Source: a virus. From it: a stretch of DNA of 64,000 nt. Under the pieces are notes generated by a model. That model was given only the letters and a program-made list of their open reading frames with translations. It searched no databases and had not been told where the DNA came from. Position 1 is the first letter of the stretch. The number at the start of each line of letters is the position of its first letter. This document shows positions 56,306 through 64,000 of this stretch, one piece after another. The DNA lies in the IMG/VR virus record IMGVR_UViG_3300043418_000072, positions 231,362 through 295,361 of that record. One strand, 5' to 3'. Position numbers and translations under genes: made by a program.

Positions 56306-57499
56306 GCGATTGTACAGTTTATTCTTCAACTCTGGGCAGAGATTTTTTACTGGGCCAATTGAGTACTCTTTGACAAATATCTCAAGTCCATCAGTTTGGC
56401 CGTCTACCAGATGAGTGGTGTTTATGTATGGATGTAAAATATTACGCACATAATCAATGCCTTCAGCCCATACACGATACGCACGGGTATCGCTGTAGCC
56501 ATCTTTAAACCACTGATCAAACTCGCTTGTCCAGTCGTTAACTGCTTTATTCGATTGCCACCAACTGTTGTTCCATGTAGAGTACAGTAGCGGACGGTAG
56601 ATCCGTTCGTGTACTAATCTAATCATCTCGGGTGTTAGTGTGTCGACGTCCCATAGATGCTGCTTATCCGGGTTAGCTTCAAGCCATCGCTTAATAGTAT
56701 GCGCTTGCTTGATAATAATAGGTACTGCGTCGGGACTCCAGTAGAAAAACTCCACTGTGCTGTTTGTGTATTCTTTAATGTGTTCTGCTACTGTGACGAT
56801 GTTTGCAGCTCTGTCAATGAACCGCAGTATCAATTGGCCATATCTAATAAACACTCGAGGCTTTTCGATCCCTAGTACTAATGCAATTTTCTTATCTTTA
56901 TCAAACTGCTTACGTAATTGATCAAAGTGGAGATAATTAAATCTCGTCACCCCTGCTGGGTTTAAACTTTCACGTTTTTCTAGCACCCAACTTGCATCAT
57001 CTGCCTTTGAAAAACTTTCAAACAAATGATCAGACAGATCCATTACACTAATCTTAGTCCTGGGAATCTGGTCTTGTATTTCTCTCAGTCTCGGCAGAGT
57101 TTGGAACACATGTTCCGCTGCTGCATTACGGGGATCTAGATTATTCTTATCTAACTCAGTGAACTTAGCACTGGCTTTTTCTGTAGTGTTCACTACAATC
57201 TCATCTATATGCAACCCTTGTCGGATAAAGCTCATTAAGATATTGTGGCTGTCTGATCCGCCGCTATAACTCAATATAACATAGTCGTACTGTTCTCTTA
57301 TTTGCTTAGATCTAAGATCGTACAGCTGATCGAGAGTCTGTTCAGGCTCTCGGGTCCAATCGTACTGGTTAAATTCTCGATCATTGAAGGTCCAGGTAAC
57401 TGGTGCATTGTTGTGCTGCACCGAGTGTACACACGCTGCGATCTTAGAATCAAATGAGATTCCGTTGCATAAGTAATATCCTAATTTTACATTGATCAT
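56291..57499 (-). CDS. PP-loop ATP pyrophosphatase family protein, paralog B
   Basis: 402 aa; PP-loop SYSGGSDSHNILMSF; N-terminal 100 aa about 45 percent identical to paralog A. Confidence 0.55.
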   Translation of the reverse strand: MINVKLGYYLCNGISFDSKIAACVHSVQHNNAPVTWTFNDREFNQYDWTREPEQTLDQLYDLRSKQIREQYDYVILSYSGGSDSHNILMSFIRQGLHIDEIVVNTTEKASAKFTELDKNNLDPRNAAAEHVFQTLPRLREIQDQIPRTKISVMDLSDHLFESFSKADDASWVLEKRESLNPAGVTRFNYLHFDQLRKQFDKDKKIALVLGIEKPRVFIRYGQLILRFIDRAANIVTVAEHIKEYTNSTVEFFYWSPDAVPIIIKQAHTIKRWLEANPDKQHLWDVDTLTPEMIRLVHERIYRPLLYSTWNNSWWQSNKAVNDWTSEFDQWFKDGYSDTRAYRVWAEGIDYVRNILHPYINTTHLVDGQTDGLEIFVKEYSIGPVKNLCPELKNKLYNRLRNK

Positions 57500-57521
57500 G
57501 TGTGGTTTATAAATATATTAA

Positions 57522-58226
57522 ATGGGTTACACAGCACACTTCACTTCTCCGGGACGCCTTGTTGGCAGCATGAAGGACGAATTAGATGTAGCCGTTGCTA
57601 ACATTGTAGCAAACAATTCGTCAATTGTCATTGATGATAACTCCACACTATCTAGCCAAATTCTAGTAGACAGTTTCCGTAGACAACAACTGCCATTTAT
57701 CCCAAAAAATACTACACTACCAATGGGTAGCACATATCTCCACGGGGTGTATGGTCCAACCGTTGCGTTACAAACTGTGAACAACAAACGTGCAATGTAC
57801 TACGTAGATAGTGCGTGGGACCAAGAATCGATCAATCAACGTGCATATGAATCTGCATATCCGAAAAACAAAATATTAAGCATAGGCAAAAAATCTTCTG
57901 CCTTTCTGTTAAGTATACTTATCGATCCAATATATGAGGGCTTCGTATATAGTTTCGAATACCTAAAGCACAATCAATTAATCACTGCTGATGAAAAGAC
58001 TCTAAACGATATAGAATTTTGGATGTACTATGCAGAACCGTTATTAGTTGCACACCACTGGCGTAGCGCAATCGATTACACAAATGTGTTGTTTAATCAC
58101 TCGTCTCCCGACTTCACTAAAGACACCGTCTATGTAAATCTCAAGGTGTTAACTAAGTTTTTGTCCAGACCAGCTGTATCCACTCTCGCAGTGCCAGACA
58201 ATTCTAATCTATTAGAGTTTACCTAA
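57522..58226 (+). CDS. hypothetical protein (plus strand)
   Basis: 234-aa ORF. Confidence 0.35.
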   Translation: MGYTAHFTSPGRLVGSMKDELDVAVANIVANNSSIVIDDNSTLSSQILVDSFRRQQLPFIPKNTTLPMGSTYLHGVYGPTVALQTVNNKRAMYYVDSAWDQESINQRAYESAYPKNKILSIGKKSSAFLLSILIDPIYEGFVYSFEYLKHNQLITADEKTLNDIEFWMYYAEPLLVAHHWRSAIDYTNVLFNHSSPDFTKDTVYVNLKVLTKFLSRPAVSTLAVPDNSNLLEFT

Positions 58227-59051
58227 TAGGAATTTCCGCTGCTCAACAGTATGCAATGACAGATACTGAATTATAAACTTTTGCACTTCAATATTAGTAG
58301 TTATACCCAGCTGATCAAACAACACACGGCCTTGAGTTTTTATTAAGTCTTGTAGTTTAACCACTATGTCCATTTCGGGAATAACGTCTACCACTTTCTT
58401 ATACACAAGATCTCCGTTATAGATTACACCAGGAGGGCGGTAATCCTCATTATCAAATTTTCCAATATCCAACACTTCCCACATACTGTGCTCAGTTATA
58501 CACTTGTCTTGTATTGCTTGCGGGAGTGAATAAAAATCATCGGCCTTTGTGATCAAGGGCCAATTGGCTTGTTTAATGTTGTTGTACCATATAAGCACTT
58601 GTTCTTCACGATACTCGGGTGTTTGCCAATTTGGGCCGTGGCCGTTTAGCTGCTGACCTGGTTGGAACCAATATGCACGTTTGGTTTTTGTTAAATGCCA
58701 CTGTGTTGCTAGGTCTGTGTATAACAAGATTTTCTTTCCCGGATACTTGGCAAGTATGTTATCCTGCGGTCCAGGTTTTTGCGTTATCGGTATTGGGTTG
58801 CAGAGAAAAAATACTTTACTAACATCAAAACTAGTTGCCCGTGTGCCACTATTATTAGGCCATATTTCGTTGTCTTTCCACGCCGAAACATTTTGTATAT
58901 TCCATTGCGTGGACTTTGTTTTGTGTACGTTGATTGTTCCGTTTTCGAAGCAACACTTATATTGGCCGCTGAGTAGCAACAGGTACAAACAAAAGAATCC
59001 GCCACTACCTCCAAAATAACAAATAGTTACATCAGCTGGCTTCTGCGTCAT
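58212..59051 (-). CDS. hypothetical protein
   Basis: 279 aa; stop/start overlap with the downstream oxidoreductase gene. Confidence 0.4.
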   Translation of the reverse strand: MTQKPADVTICYFGGSGGFFCLYLLLLSGQYKCCFENGTINVHKTKSTQWNIQNVSAWKDNEIWPNNSGTRATSFDVSKVFFLCNPIPITQKPGPQDNILAKYPGKKILLYTDLATQWHLTKTKRAYWFQPGQQLNGHGPNWQTPEYREEQVLIWYNNIKQANWPLITKADDFYSLPQAIQDKCITEHSMWEVLDIGKFDNEDYRPPGVIYNGDLVYKKVVDVIPEMDIVVKLQDLIKTQGRVLFDQLGITTNIEVQKFIIQYLSLHTVEQRKFLLGKL

Positions 59052-59944
59052 CGGGCAACCCCAGTTAACTCTGATACAATAGTTTGTACTGTCTTAATTG
59101 AACTAATGTAATCAATTGCTTTGCCCGCAAATACATGCCCAGCAGTCGGACTCTTGATTCCCAGTTCTAGTCCCATTGTGTGATTACCATCTACGTCAGG
59201 CTCTGAAGAAAATACCAAAGCATTTTGATGAGCTTCGCCAATATTCTTTACTTGATCAAATGACGATTCGATCATTTTCAGTTTGGTTTCAGTTGAAATA
59301 GATGATTCTTCTGATACTGCAAATATTGTTCCCAACCCAACTGCACATGCTCCTGCATCCAAGCAGTCTTGTATATCTTGTGCCGACGTTACGCCGCCCG
59401 ATGCGATAATATTTAGATTGCTGTGGGTCGATTTTAGTTGCTTGATTCTATCCACTAGACTAATTGACACGTCTGCAACACGGGACGCAGCATCTGGTCC
59501 CTTTATATCAATTGCATCAATGTAATTAACTAAGTCCCCAATAGGGCGTGTGCTCAATACTTTGTAGATTATCTTAATTTTATATTTTCTAAAAAGTTTA
59601 ATGATATTTGTTAAACGAATGTTTGTTAAGTCTACATCATCAAACAATTCCAAGTAATTTGGATGGTATTTTAGAATAGCTTCAACCAGCGTTGTATCTT
59701 TTAATAAAAAATCCGATCGCAGTGCAAGAATAAAATCACGAGACCCAGATTGCTCAGTGAATTCTTTCATCTCCGACACAATCTTTGTTACGTCAAGAGT
59801 CAATCGAGACTCAATATAATTGTGTACTACCAGGCTTGGCAGACAGCCTGCGTTGTGAACCGCGAGAGCCAACTTAACGTCGGACACTCTATTCATTGGC
59901 GCACAAATAATAGGATGTGTACAAGATAAAAAATTGTTTTGCAT
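59048..59944 (-). CDS. FMN-dependent TIM-barrel oxidoreductase (nitronate monooxygenase/FabK-like; Dus-like not excluded)
   Basis: 298 aa; the N-terminus ICAPMNRVSDVKLALAVHNAGCLPSL matches the NMO PxxQxPM...AAVSNAGGLG pattern; the C-terminus IIASGGVTSAQDIQDCLDAGACAVGLGTIF matches the FMN phosphate-binding GG...G.A..G.GT.F. Confidence 0.55.
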   Translation of the reverse strand: MQNNFLSCTHPIICAPMNRVSDVKLALAVHNAGCLPSLVVHNYIESRLTLDVTKIVSEMKEFTEQSGSRDFILALRSDFLLKDTTLVEAILKYHPNYLELFDDVDLTNIRLTNIIKLFRKYKIKIIYKVLSTRPIGDLVNYIDAIDIKGPDAASRVADVSISLVDRIKQLKSTHSNLNIIASGGVTSAQDIQDCLDAGACAVGLGTIFAVSEESSISTETKLKMIESSFDQVKNIGEAHQNALVFSSEPDVDGNHTMGLELGIKSPTAGHVFAGKAIDYISSIKTVQTIVSELTGVAR

Positions 59945-59959
59945 CAGATACTTATCTTA

Positions 59960-60033
59960 TGGTGCTCCCACTAAGAATCGAACTTAGGACTGCGCTATAC
60001 CACAGCGCCGATATACCATTTACCTATGAGAGC
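59960..60033 (-). tRNA. tRNA-Thr (GGT)
   Basis: Acceptor GCTCTCA/TGGGAGC, anticodon stem GCGCT/AGCGC with loop GTGGTAT, T-arm CTAAG-TTCGATT-CTTAG, CCA encoded. Confidence 0.55.
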
Positions 60034-60039
60034 AGGTGT

Positions 60040-61248
60040 TTATTTTGTTTGTATAGAGAATACGTCTGTAAACGATTCGCCCCTAATAACATCATACTTC
60101 TTTGTATAGTCAAAGAATGCAGATGGCATATTTGGCGTTAATGTTGATAACGCTTGTTTCACATTTAGTAGCTCAGTAACCAATACTACATAATTTGGTG
60201 CAGTTAGTATTTCAACTGCTTTGTTAATTTGCTCAATTGCCCGGCCCCGCAGTTGATTAGGCAAGTTGTTAAAGTTCATGCCTGGCGGAGAAGTTACGTT
60301 ATAGCACTTCACGCCAATGGTGTTGTTTTCGTTATATAGCCGCATCAGGAACGTTGCTGTTTCTGCAAAATCCATTAAACTATATGCAGATATTGCTGTT
60401 GTAACTTCCATCTTAAACGGCGATTGAAGTTGGTTAAGTCTAAGTACGTTACTTTCAACTTTTGGCCAATCTGTTCCGCTGCGAATATATTCTGCCGATT
60501 TACCCACTGCGTCAATGCTCATTACCATCTGCACTGTTTTAAATTTACTAAGACGGTCAACAAACAATGGGTTATACACACTGCAATTGGTGTATAGCTC
60601 TAGGTTAATTTCTTTGTTGAATCCGTTATCTATTAGATAATCAAGGTAGTCGTAATATTCTTTTATTAAGAATGGTTCCCCACCCGTTAAGCATACTTTC
60701 CATACTGAGGCCAAGAAGGCAGGGTCCTTAAGACCCTCAATAGAATTGCTTTCAATTTTTGTAATAGGTATCACACTGTACTCAATGTGGCTACCTTCTT
60801 TATCTGGTTTAATGTTGTGCTGAATCTTTTCTGCTGCAAAGCTAGAGCTAGATGTTTCATCGCACATTCTGCATTTCATGTTACACAGATTACTAAATCT
60901 AAGTTCAATGCGGCCCGGTACTGTCGGTGTGTCGGCTGTAAATTTATTTGCAAACCATTGATCTTCGTACTCGGGTTCTGGGCCTACATTATAGTAATTC
61001 CAAATTGCGCCGCGTGTGCTTTTTAGCCCCATGTCTTCTTTTGTCTTGCAGCCGCCACATGCAGTTGGGGCAGTGCCACTCAGCATATCTGTCTTCATCT
61101 GCTTGAGCCAATCACTGTTGATATACTCAGCGGGTGTCATGCCAGACTCTAAGTTCTTGATGTAATGACACGGACTAGGAGAGTTGGCGTGATAGTACAT
61201 CATTGTCCACGGTGCTGGGCAAAAGAACTTCTCAGAAAACTTTGCCAT
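60040..61248 (-). CDS. Radical SAM enzyme (second, distinct from 51670..52845)
   Basis: 402 aa; CNMKCRMC is the CxxxCxxC motif, with additional N-terminal Cys (CGGCKTKED). Confidence 0.7.
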   Translation of the reverse strand: MAKFSEKFFCPAPWTMMYYHANSPSPCHYIKNLESGMTPAEYINSDWLKQMKTDMLSGTAPTACGGCKTKEDMGLKSTRGAIWNYYNVGPEPEYEDQWFANKFTADTPTVPGRIELRFSNLCNMKCRMCDETSSSSFAAEKIQHNIKPDKEGSHIEYSVIPITKIESNSIEGLKDPAFLASVWKVCLTGGEPFLIKEYYDYLDYLIDNGFNKEINLELYTNCSVYNPLFVDRLSKFKTVQMVMSIDAVGKSAEYIRSGTDWPKVESNVLRLNQLQSPFKMEVTTAISAYSLMDFAETATFLMRLYNENNTIGVKCYNVTSPPGMNFNNLPNQLRGRAIEQINKAVEILTAPNYVVLVTELLNVKQALSTLTPNMPSAFFDYTKKYDVIRGESFTDVFSIQTK

Positions 61249-61264
61249 TATGGCTCCTGTATTA

Positions 61265-61340
61265 TGGTGCCTCTAACCGGATTCGAACCAGTGACACAAG
61301 GATTTTCAATCCTCTGCTCTACCAACTGAGCTATAAAGGC
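61265..61340 (-). tRNA. tRNA-Phe (GAA)
   Basis: Acceptor GCCTTTA/TAGAGGC, D-arm GCTCAGTTGGTAGAGC, anticodon stem GAGGA/TCCTT with loop TTGAAAA, T-loop TTCGAAT, CCA encoded. Confidence 0.7.
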
Positions 61341-61879
61341 AAATTTAAATGGCATTGTGGGTTCCTACCACACCTGAACCTTGTTCCACCGCTCGTTCAA
61401 AGACTTATGTGGCGATCCCGTGCATTCGCATTACACCATACCATATAGAAGCACTCTCAAATGCAGGCATAGGAGGAGTCAAGCTCTGAAACTTTCGCAT
61501 CTGCAGATACTAGGCTTCTTCTCCCGCTTTGACTTATGCCAAGAATACTTCTATATAGGCTCCACCGTTAACGACAGCATTCGTCCTGGCTTTATTTTAT
61601 GTCGGTTAATGCACGGTGGACACACATGCCGACGGGGTTACAGTTTCAATGATGGGATTCGAACCCACTAACTACCCGTGCGCTGCGGGTTGTGCTACGC
61701 TCAATATAAAACTGGTTTACTCTGTTTCGAACCAGACCAACAGTATATCTTTGCACTATCTTTCCATGTCGTCTTCATTGTTACCATATAGAAACACACT
61801 ATGTGGAATCGAACCACTGACCCTTTCACTCCGTAGAGACCGTGCAATACGCTTAGTCGCCGACTAGTATGTTTTTATA

Positions 61880-61957
61880 TGGTAGAAGCACTGGGGCTCG
61901 AACCCAGGACCCTCGGATTAAAAGTCCGATGCTCTAAACCAACTGAGCTATACTTCC
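61880..61957 (-). tRNA. tRNA-Lys (TTT)
   Basis: Acceptor GGAAGTA/TGCTTCT, anticodon stem TCGGA/TCCGA with loop CTTTTAA, T-arm CTGGG-TTCGAGC-CCCAG, CCA encoded. Confidence 0.6.
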
Positions 61958-61976
61958 ATGACCTTACCATATCAAA

Positions 61977-62083
61977 GTACGCTACGGAATCGAACCGCAG
62001 TCGTCAACCTTTCCCTCCAGGGCAATTGATACAATTATAGCTTCCACAGGAGCGACCTGATTCACTATAATGCACTAGCGTAC
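61977..62083 (-). tRNA. tRNA-like gene with about 30-nt extra insertion (possible intron-containing or aberrant tRNA)
   Basis: Perfect 7-bp acceptor AGTACGC/GCGTACT and T-arm TGCGG-TTCGATT-CCGTA, but the arms are 107 nt apart and no standard D/anticodon arms could be folded by hand. Confidence 0.3.
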
Positions 62084-62090
62084 TTTGATA

Positions 62091-62165
62091 TGGTAGGGGC
62101 ACAGAGAATCGAACTCTGGTTCTCTGGTTAAAAGCCAGATACTTTAGCCGCTAAGTTATACCCCC
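62091..62165 (-). tRNA. tRNA-Lys (TTT), second copy with different body
   Basis: Acceptor GGGGGTA/TGCCCCT, D stem ACTT/AAGT, anticodon stem TCTGG/CCAGA with loop CTTTTAA, T-arm CAGAG-TTCGATT-CTCTG, CCA encoded. Confidence 0.55.
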
Positions 62166-62168
62166 ATA

Positions 62169-62243
62169 TGGTCCACAGCCAGAGAATCGAACTCTGTTAG
62201 CCCGGGTAAGAGCCGGGTACTTCGCCAGCAAAGTTTGCTGTGG
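62169..62243 (-). tRNA. tRNA (anticodon CTT, Lys) with A8-A9
   Basis: Acceptor CCACAGC/GCTGTGG, anticodon stem CCCGG/CCGGG with loop CTCTTAC, T-arm CAGAG-TTCGATT-CTCTG, CCA encoded. Confidence 0.5.
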
Positions 62244-62345
62244 ATGGATTCGTAAATTACTTTTCTTTTACGTGCCATCCAGGACCATACGGGGGTCTAG
62301 GATGACACTATCGTTTACCTGAACGTTTCATGACATTTTTCCTTT

Positions 62346-62735
62346 TTAATTCCAAAGTAAGTCAAAGTTGCCAGCTAACACTTTCTTAACGCTTGCAGTC
62401 TTGTCACTTACGTGATCTTTAACTGTATCGTCTTGAAAGCGGTATGTGCGAATTTTGTCTCCTCGCATCCCTGAACCAACTTGTTGCTTTCTGTTGCTTG
62501 CTAAGTTGTTATTATAACAGTCTTTTGTTATCTTGTCAACTCTTTCTCTAATAGTTTGCATGGCTTCTGCCAAACTATTTTCCCTACTGCGGCACTGTGC
62601 TGTTACTACTGTGCCGCTAGGTACGTGCGTAACACGGGCACTGTTTTGGTGCTTGTTACGGTGTTGTCCTCCTGCGCCTGTTCCGCTGTACCATTCAATC
62701 TTCAGATCTGAGTCAAGAATAGCAGTGGTCGGCAC
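62346..62735 (-). CDS. GGQ-motif peptide-chain-release-factor-like protein (ArfB/PrfH-like peptidyl-tRNA hydrolase domain)
   Basis: 129 aa; YSGTGAGGQHRNKHQNSARVTHVPSGTVV contains the universal GGQ motif in RF domain-3 context; the C-terminus GSGMRGDKIRTYRFQDDTVKDH parallels the RF1/RF2 RSEKIRTYNFPQxRVTDHR segment. Confidence 0.75.
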   Translation of the reverse strand: MPTTAILDSDLKIEWYSGTGAGGQHRNKHQNSARVTHVPSGTVVTAQCRSRENSLAEAMQTIRERVDKITKDCYNNNLASNRKQQVGSGMRGDKIRTYRFQDDTVKDHVSDKTASVKKVLAGNFDLLWN

Positions 62736-63000
62736 ACTTGGATCAACGACAGCGACAGTAACGGTACTAGTATGTACTCGTCCTTTTCGCTCAGTTGGTG
62801 GTACACGCTGTATTCGGTGTCCACCTGGCTCGTTGTATAAGCCAGATAAATCAGCACCCTCGACTAAGATATGAACTTCGCCAAGATACTCATTTATCAG
62901 GCGGCTAGTTCAGCCCTTGCTGTGTGCAAATTTAATGTAGGCTTGCGCCAAGTCTTTTACAAATAGTTTACTGTCTTCGCCACCTTCTGCGGCACGGACT

Positions 63001-63342
63001 TCAATTACACGTTTCATATTCATTTTTCTCTTTTAATCGCATAGCTTCTAATCTTGCTTTCAAGAATAGTTCAACTACATCTTTATTTAACTTAGTAAAT
63101 CCTGTCTTGATTAGAAAGAACAATTCGTCTTTTTCTGACTCAAGCCATACCACGTGAGCATCACCTGTATTGCCCACTGCCCCAAGTCCTTCGGGGTTGC
63201 TGAATCTCTGTGCCGCGTTACAAATGAACGCAAACTTTACCCCAAAGTCCCTTGATAGTACTTCTGGACCAGTGGCCTCACCTTGGGCAATCCGGTACAC
63301 ATAGTTGTACTCGTACGGAACGTCAACGTAGACTTTGTGCAT
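63001..63342 (-). CDS. hypothetical protein
   Basis: 113 aa; stop/start overlap with the upstream phosphatase gene. Confidence 0.4.
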   Translation of the reverse strand: MHKVYVDVPYEYNYVYRIAQGEATGPEVLSRDFGVKFAFICNAAQRFSNPEGLGAVGNTGDAHVVWLESEKDELFFLIKTGFTKLNKDVVELFLKARLEAMRLKEKNEYETCN

Positions 63343-63917
63343 TAGATATCACCTTCGTGGCTTGGGGGTAAAATGATACCACCTGCGCTGTATTGGTATG
63401 GTTGACCATTGATTGTTGGCTCTTCGTTCTCATCGTATGTCCATCCCAGATGCTTCATCATGCGATGCTTGACTAGCAAGTTAGGAGCACGAAATGCTTC
63501 AGTGTCATCAAACCCAAGCATGACCCCAACTTCACAAACTGCACCACTGCGGCAAACACCGGCATGGCAGTGAACAATCACGTTCATGCGATTCTCTAGT
63601 GCATGTTGCAACAAACGAACTAGCTCCGCAGCTTGCTCGTGACTGCAACGCATTTCTTCTTCAAGAACGTAGTCCTTTTCCTCTACATCGAGGAACTCAA
63701 ATTGATGAACTTCTCTAAACTTGTAAAGGGGGGTAGGACACTCGCTCCCGCAGTCAACAATTTGAATCAACATAGCGTTATCACCGGGGTTTATGTGAAA
63801 CCCTTTAGTGACATCGCTACGTGCTACGTTTTGGATCCAGGGCATTTTGTTTCCTTGTGTTAAATACAGTATGAGCAAACCCAATCCTGGATTCGATGAA
63901 TTACTTAAACTCGGCAA
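63342..63917 (-). CDS. Cys-based protein tyrosine / dual-specificity phosphatase fold (CX5R)
   Basis: 191 aa; VIVHCHAGVCRSGAV is the HCxxGxxRS P-loop signature of PTP/DSP-fold phosphatases (this includes RNA 5-prime phosphatases). Confidence 0.65.
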   Translation of the reverse strand: MPSLSNSSNPGLGLLILYLTQGNKMPWIQNVARSDVTKGFHINPGDNAMLIQIVDCGSECPTPLYKFREVHQFEFLDVEEKDYVLEEEMRCSHEQAAELVRLLQHALENRMNVIVHCHAGVCRSGAVCEVGVMLGFDDTEAFRAPNLLVKHRMMKHLGWTYDENEEPTINGQPYQYSAGGIILPPSHEGDI

Positions 63918-64000
63918 CGGAACTTATTCCAATGCTAAGAGCTTCTCTTGTGTTAAACATTTTACACGAGATTATCCTGAAAAGCAAGATTTGCCTTTTG

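Noticed and set aside
61640-61870. Three minus-strand GGTTCGAWTCC matches treated as tRNAs
   Set aside because: I could not find complementary acceptor stems or anticodon arms by hand, so they are not listed as tRNA features; they are kept only as a finding needing tRNAscan-SE.
1-64000. CRISPR array, rRNA genes, integrase/attachment sites
   Set aside because: No regularly spaced direct repeats with unique spacers, no rRNA-like conserved blocks and no tyrosine/serine recombinase motifs were seen anywhere in the window.

Overview
This window reads as an internal segment of a large tailed dsDNA phage (Caudoviricetes), with nearly all genes on the minus strand.

- **Left end (about 1-22 kb):** virion and replication genes: a pectate-lyase-fold tailspike, a GIY-YIG homing endonuclease, a RecB-family nuclease, an IscU Fe-S scaffold, a pair of paralogous small Ala-rich proteins flanked by terminators, an 808-aa LysM-domain and repeat-containing virion protein, a T7-gp4-like DnaB helicase and separate primase, a P4H-type 2OG oxygenase and a 1192-aa repetitive tail fibre.
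- **About 30-40.6 kb:** a block of small early-type genes, most of them each preceded by a near-consensus sigma70 promoter (TTGACA-17-TATAAT) plus a conserved downstream motif. These include a lipoprotein, an SPFH protein and a TPR/Ser-rich membrane module.
- **40.7-48.1 kb:** a nucleotide-sugar biosynthesis and transfer cluster (RmlB dehydratase, C-methyltransferase, heptosyltransferase-like GT, 2OG oxygenase, cytidylyltransferase-cupin fusion) next to a dCMP deaminase.
- **48.3-64 kb:** a tRNA-rich island. It holds at least 15 tRNA genes with several isoacceptors, plus unresolved tRNA-like elements, interleaved with two radical-SAM enzymes, three PP-loop ATP-pyrophosphatase paralogs, an FMN oxidoreductase, a GGQ-motif release-factor-like protein and a Cys-based phosphatase. 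A roughly 2 kb promoter-driven stretch (49.6-51.6 kb) has no convincing ORF.

I judge the island to be the most interesting candidate for an undescribed RNA/tRNA-modification or translation-manipulation system. All calls are from manual sequence reading and should be verified with tRNAscan-SE, HMM searches and structure prediction.
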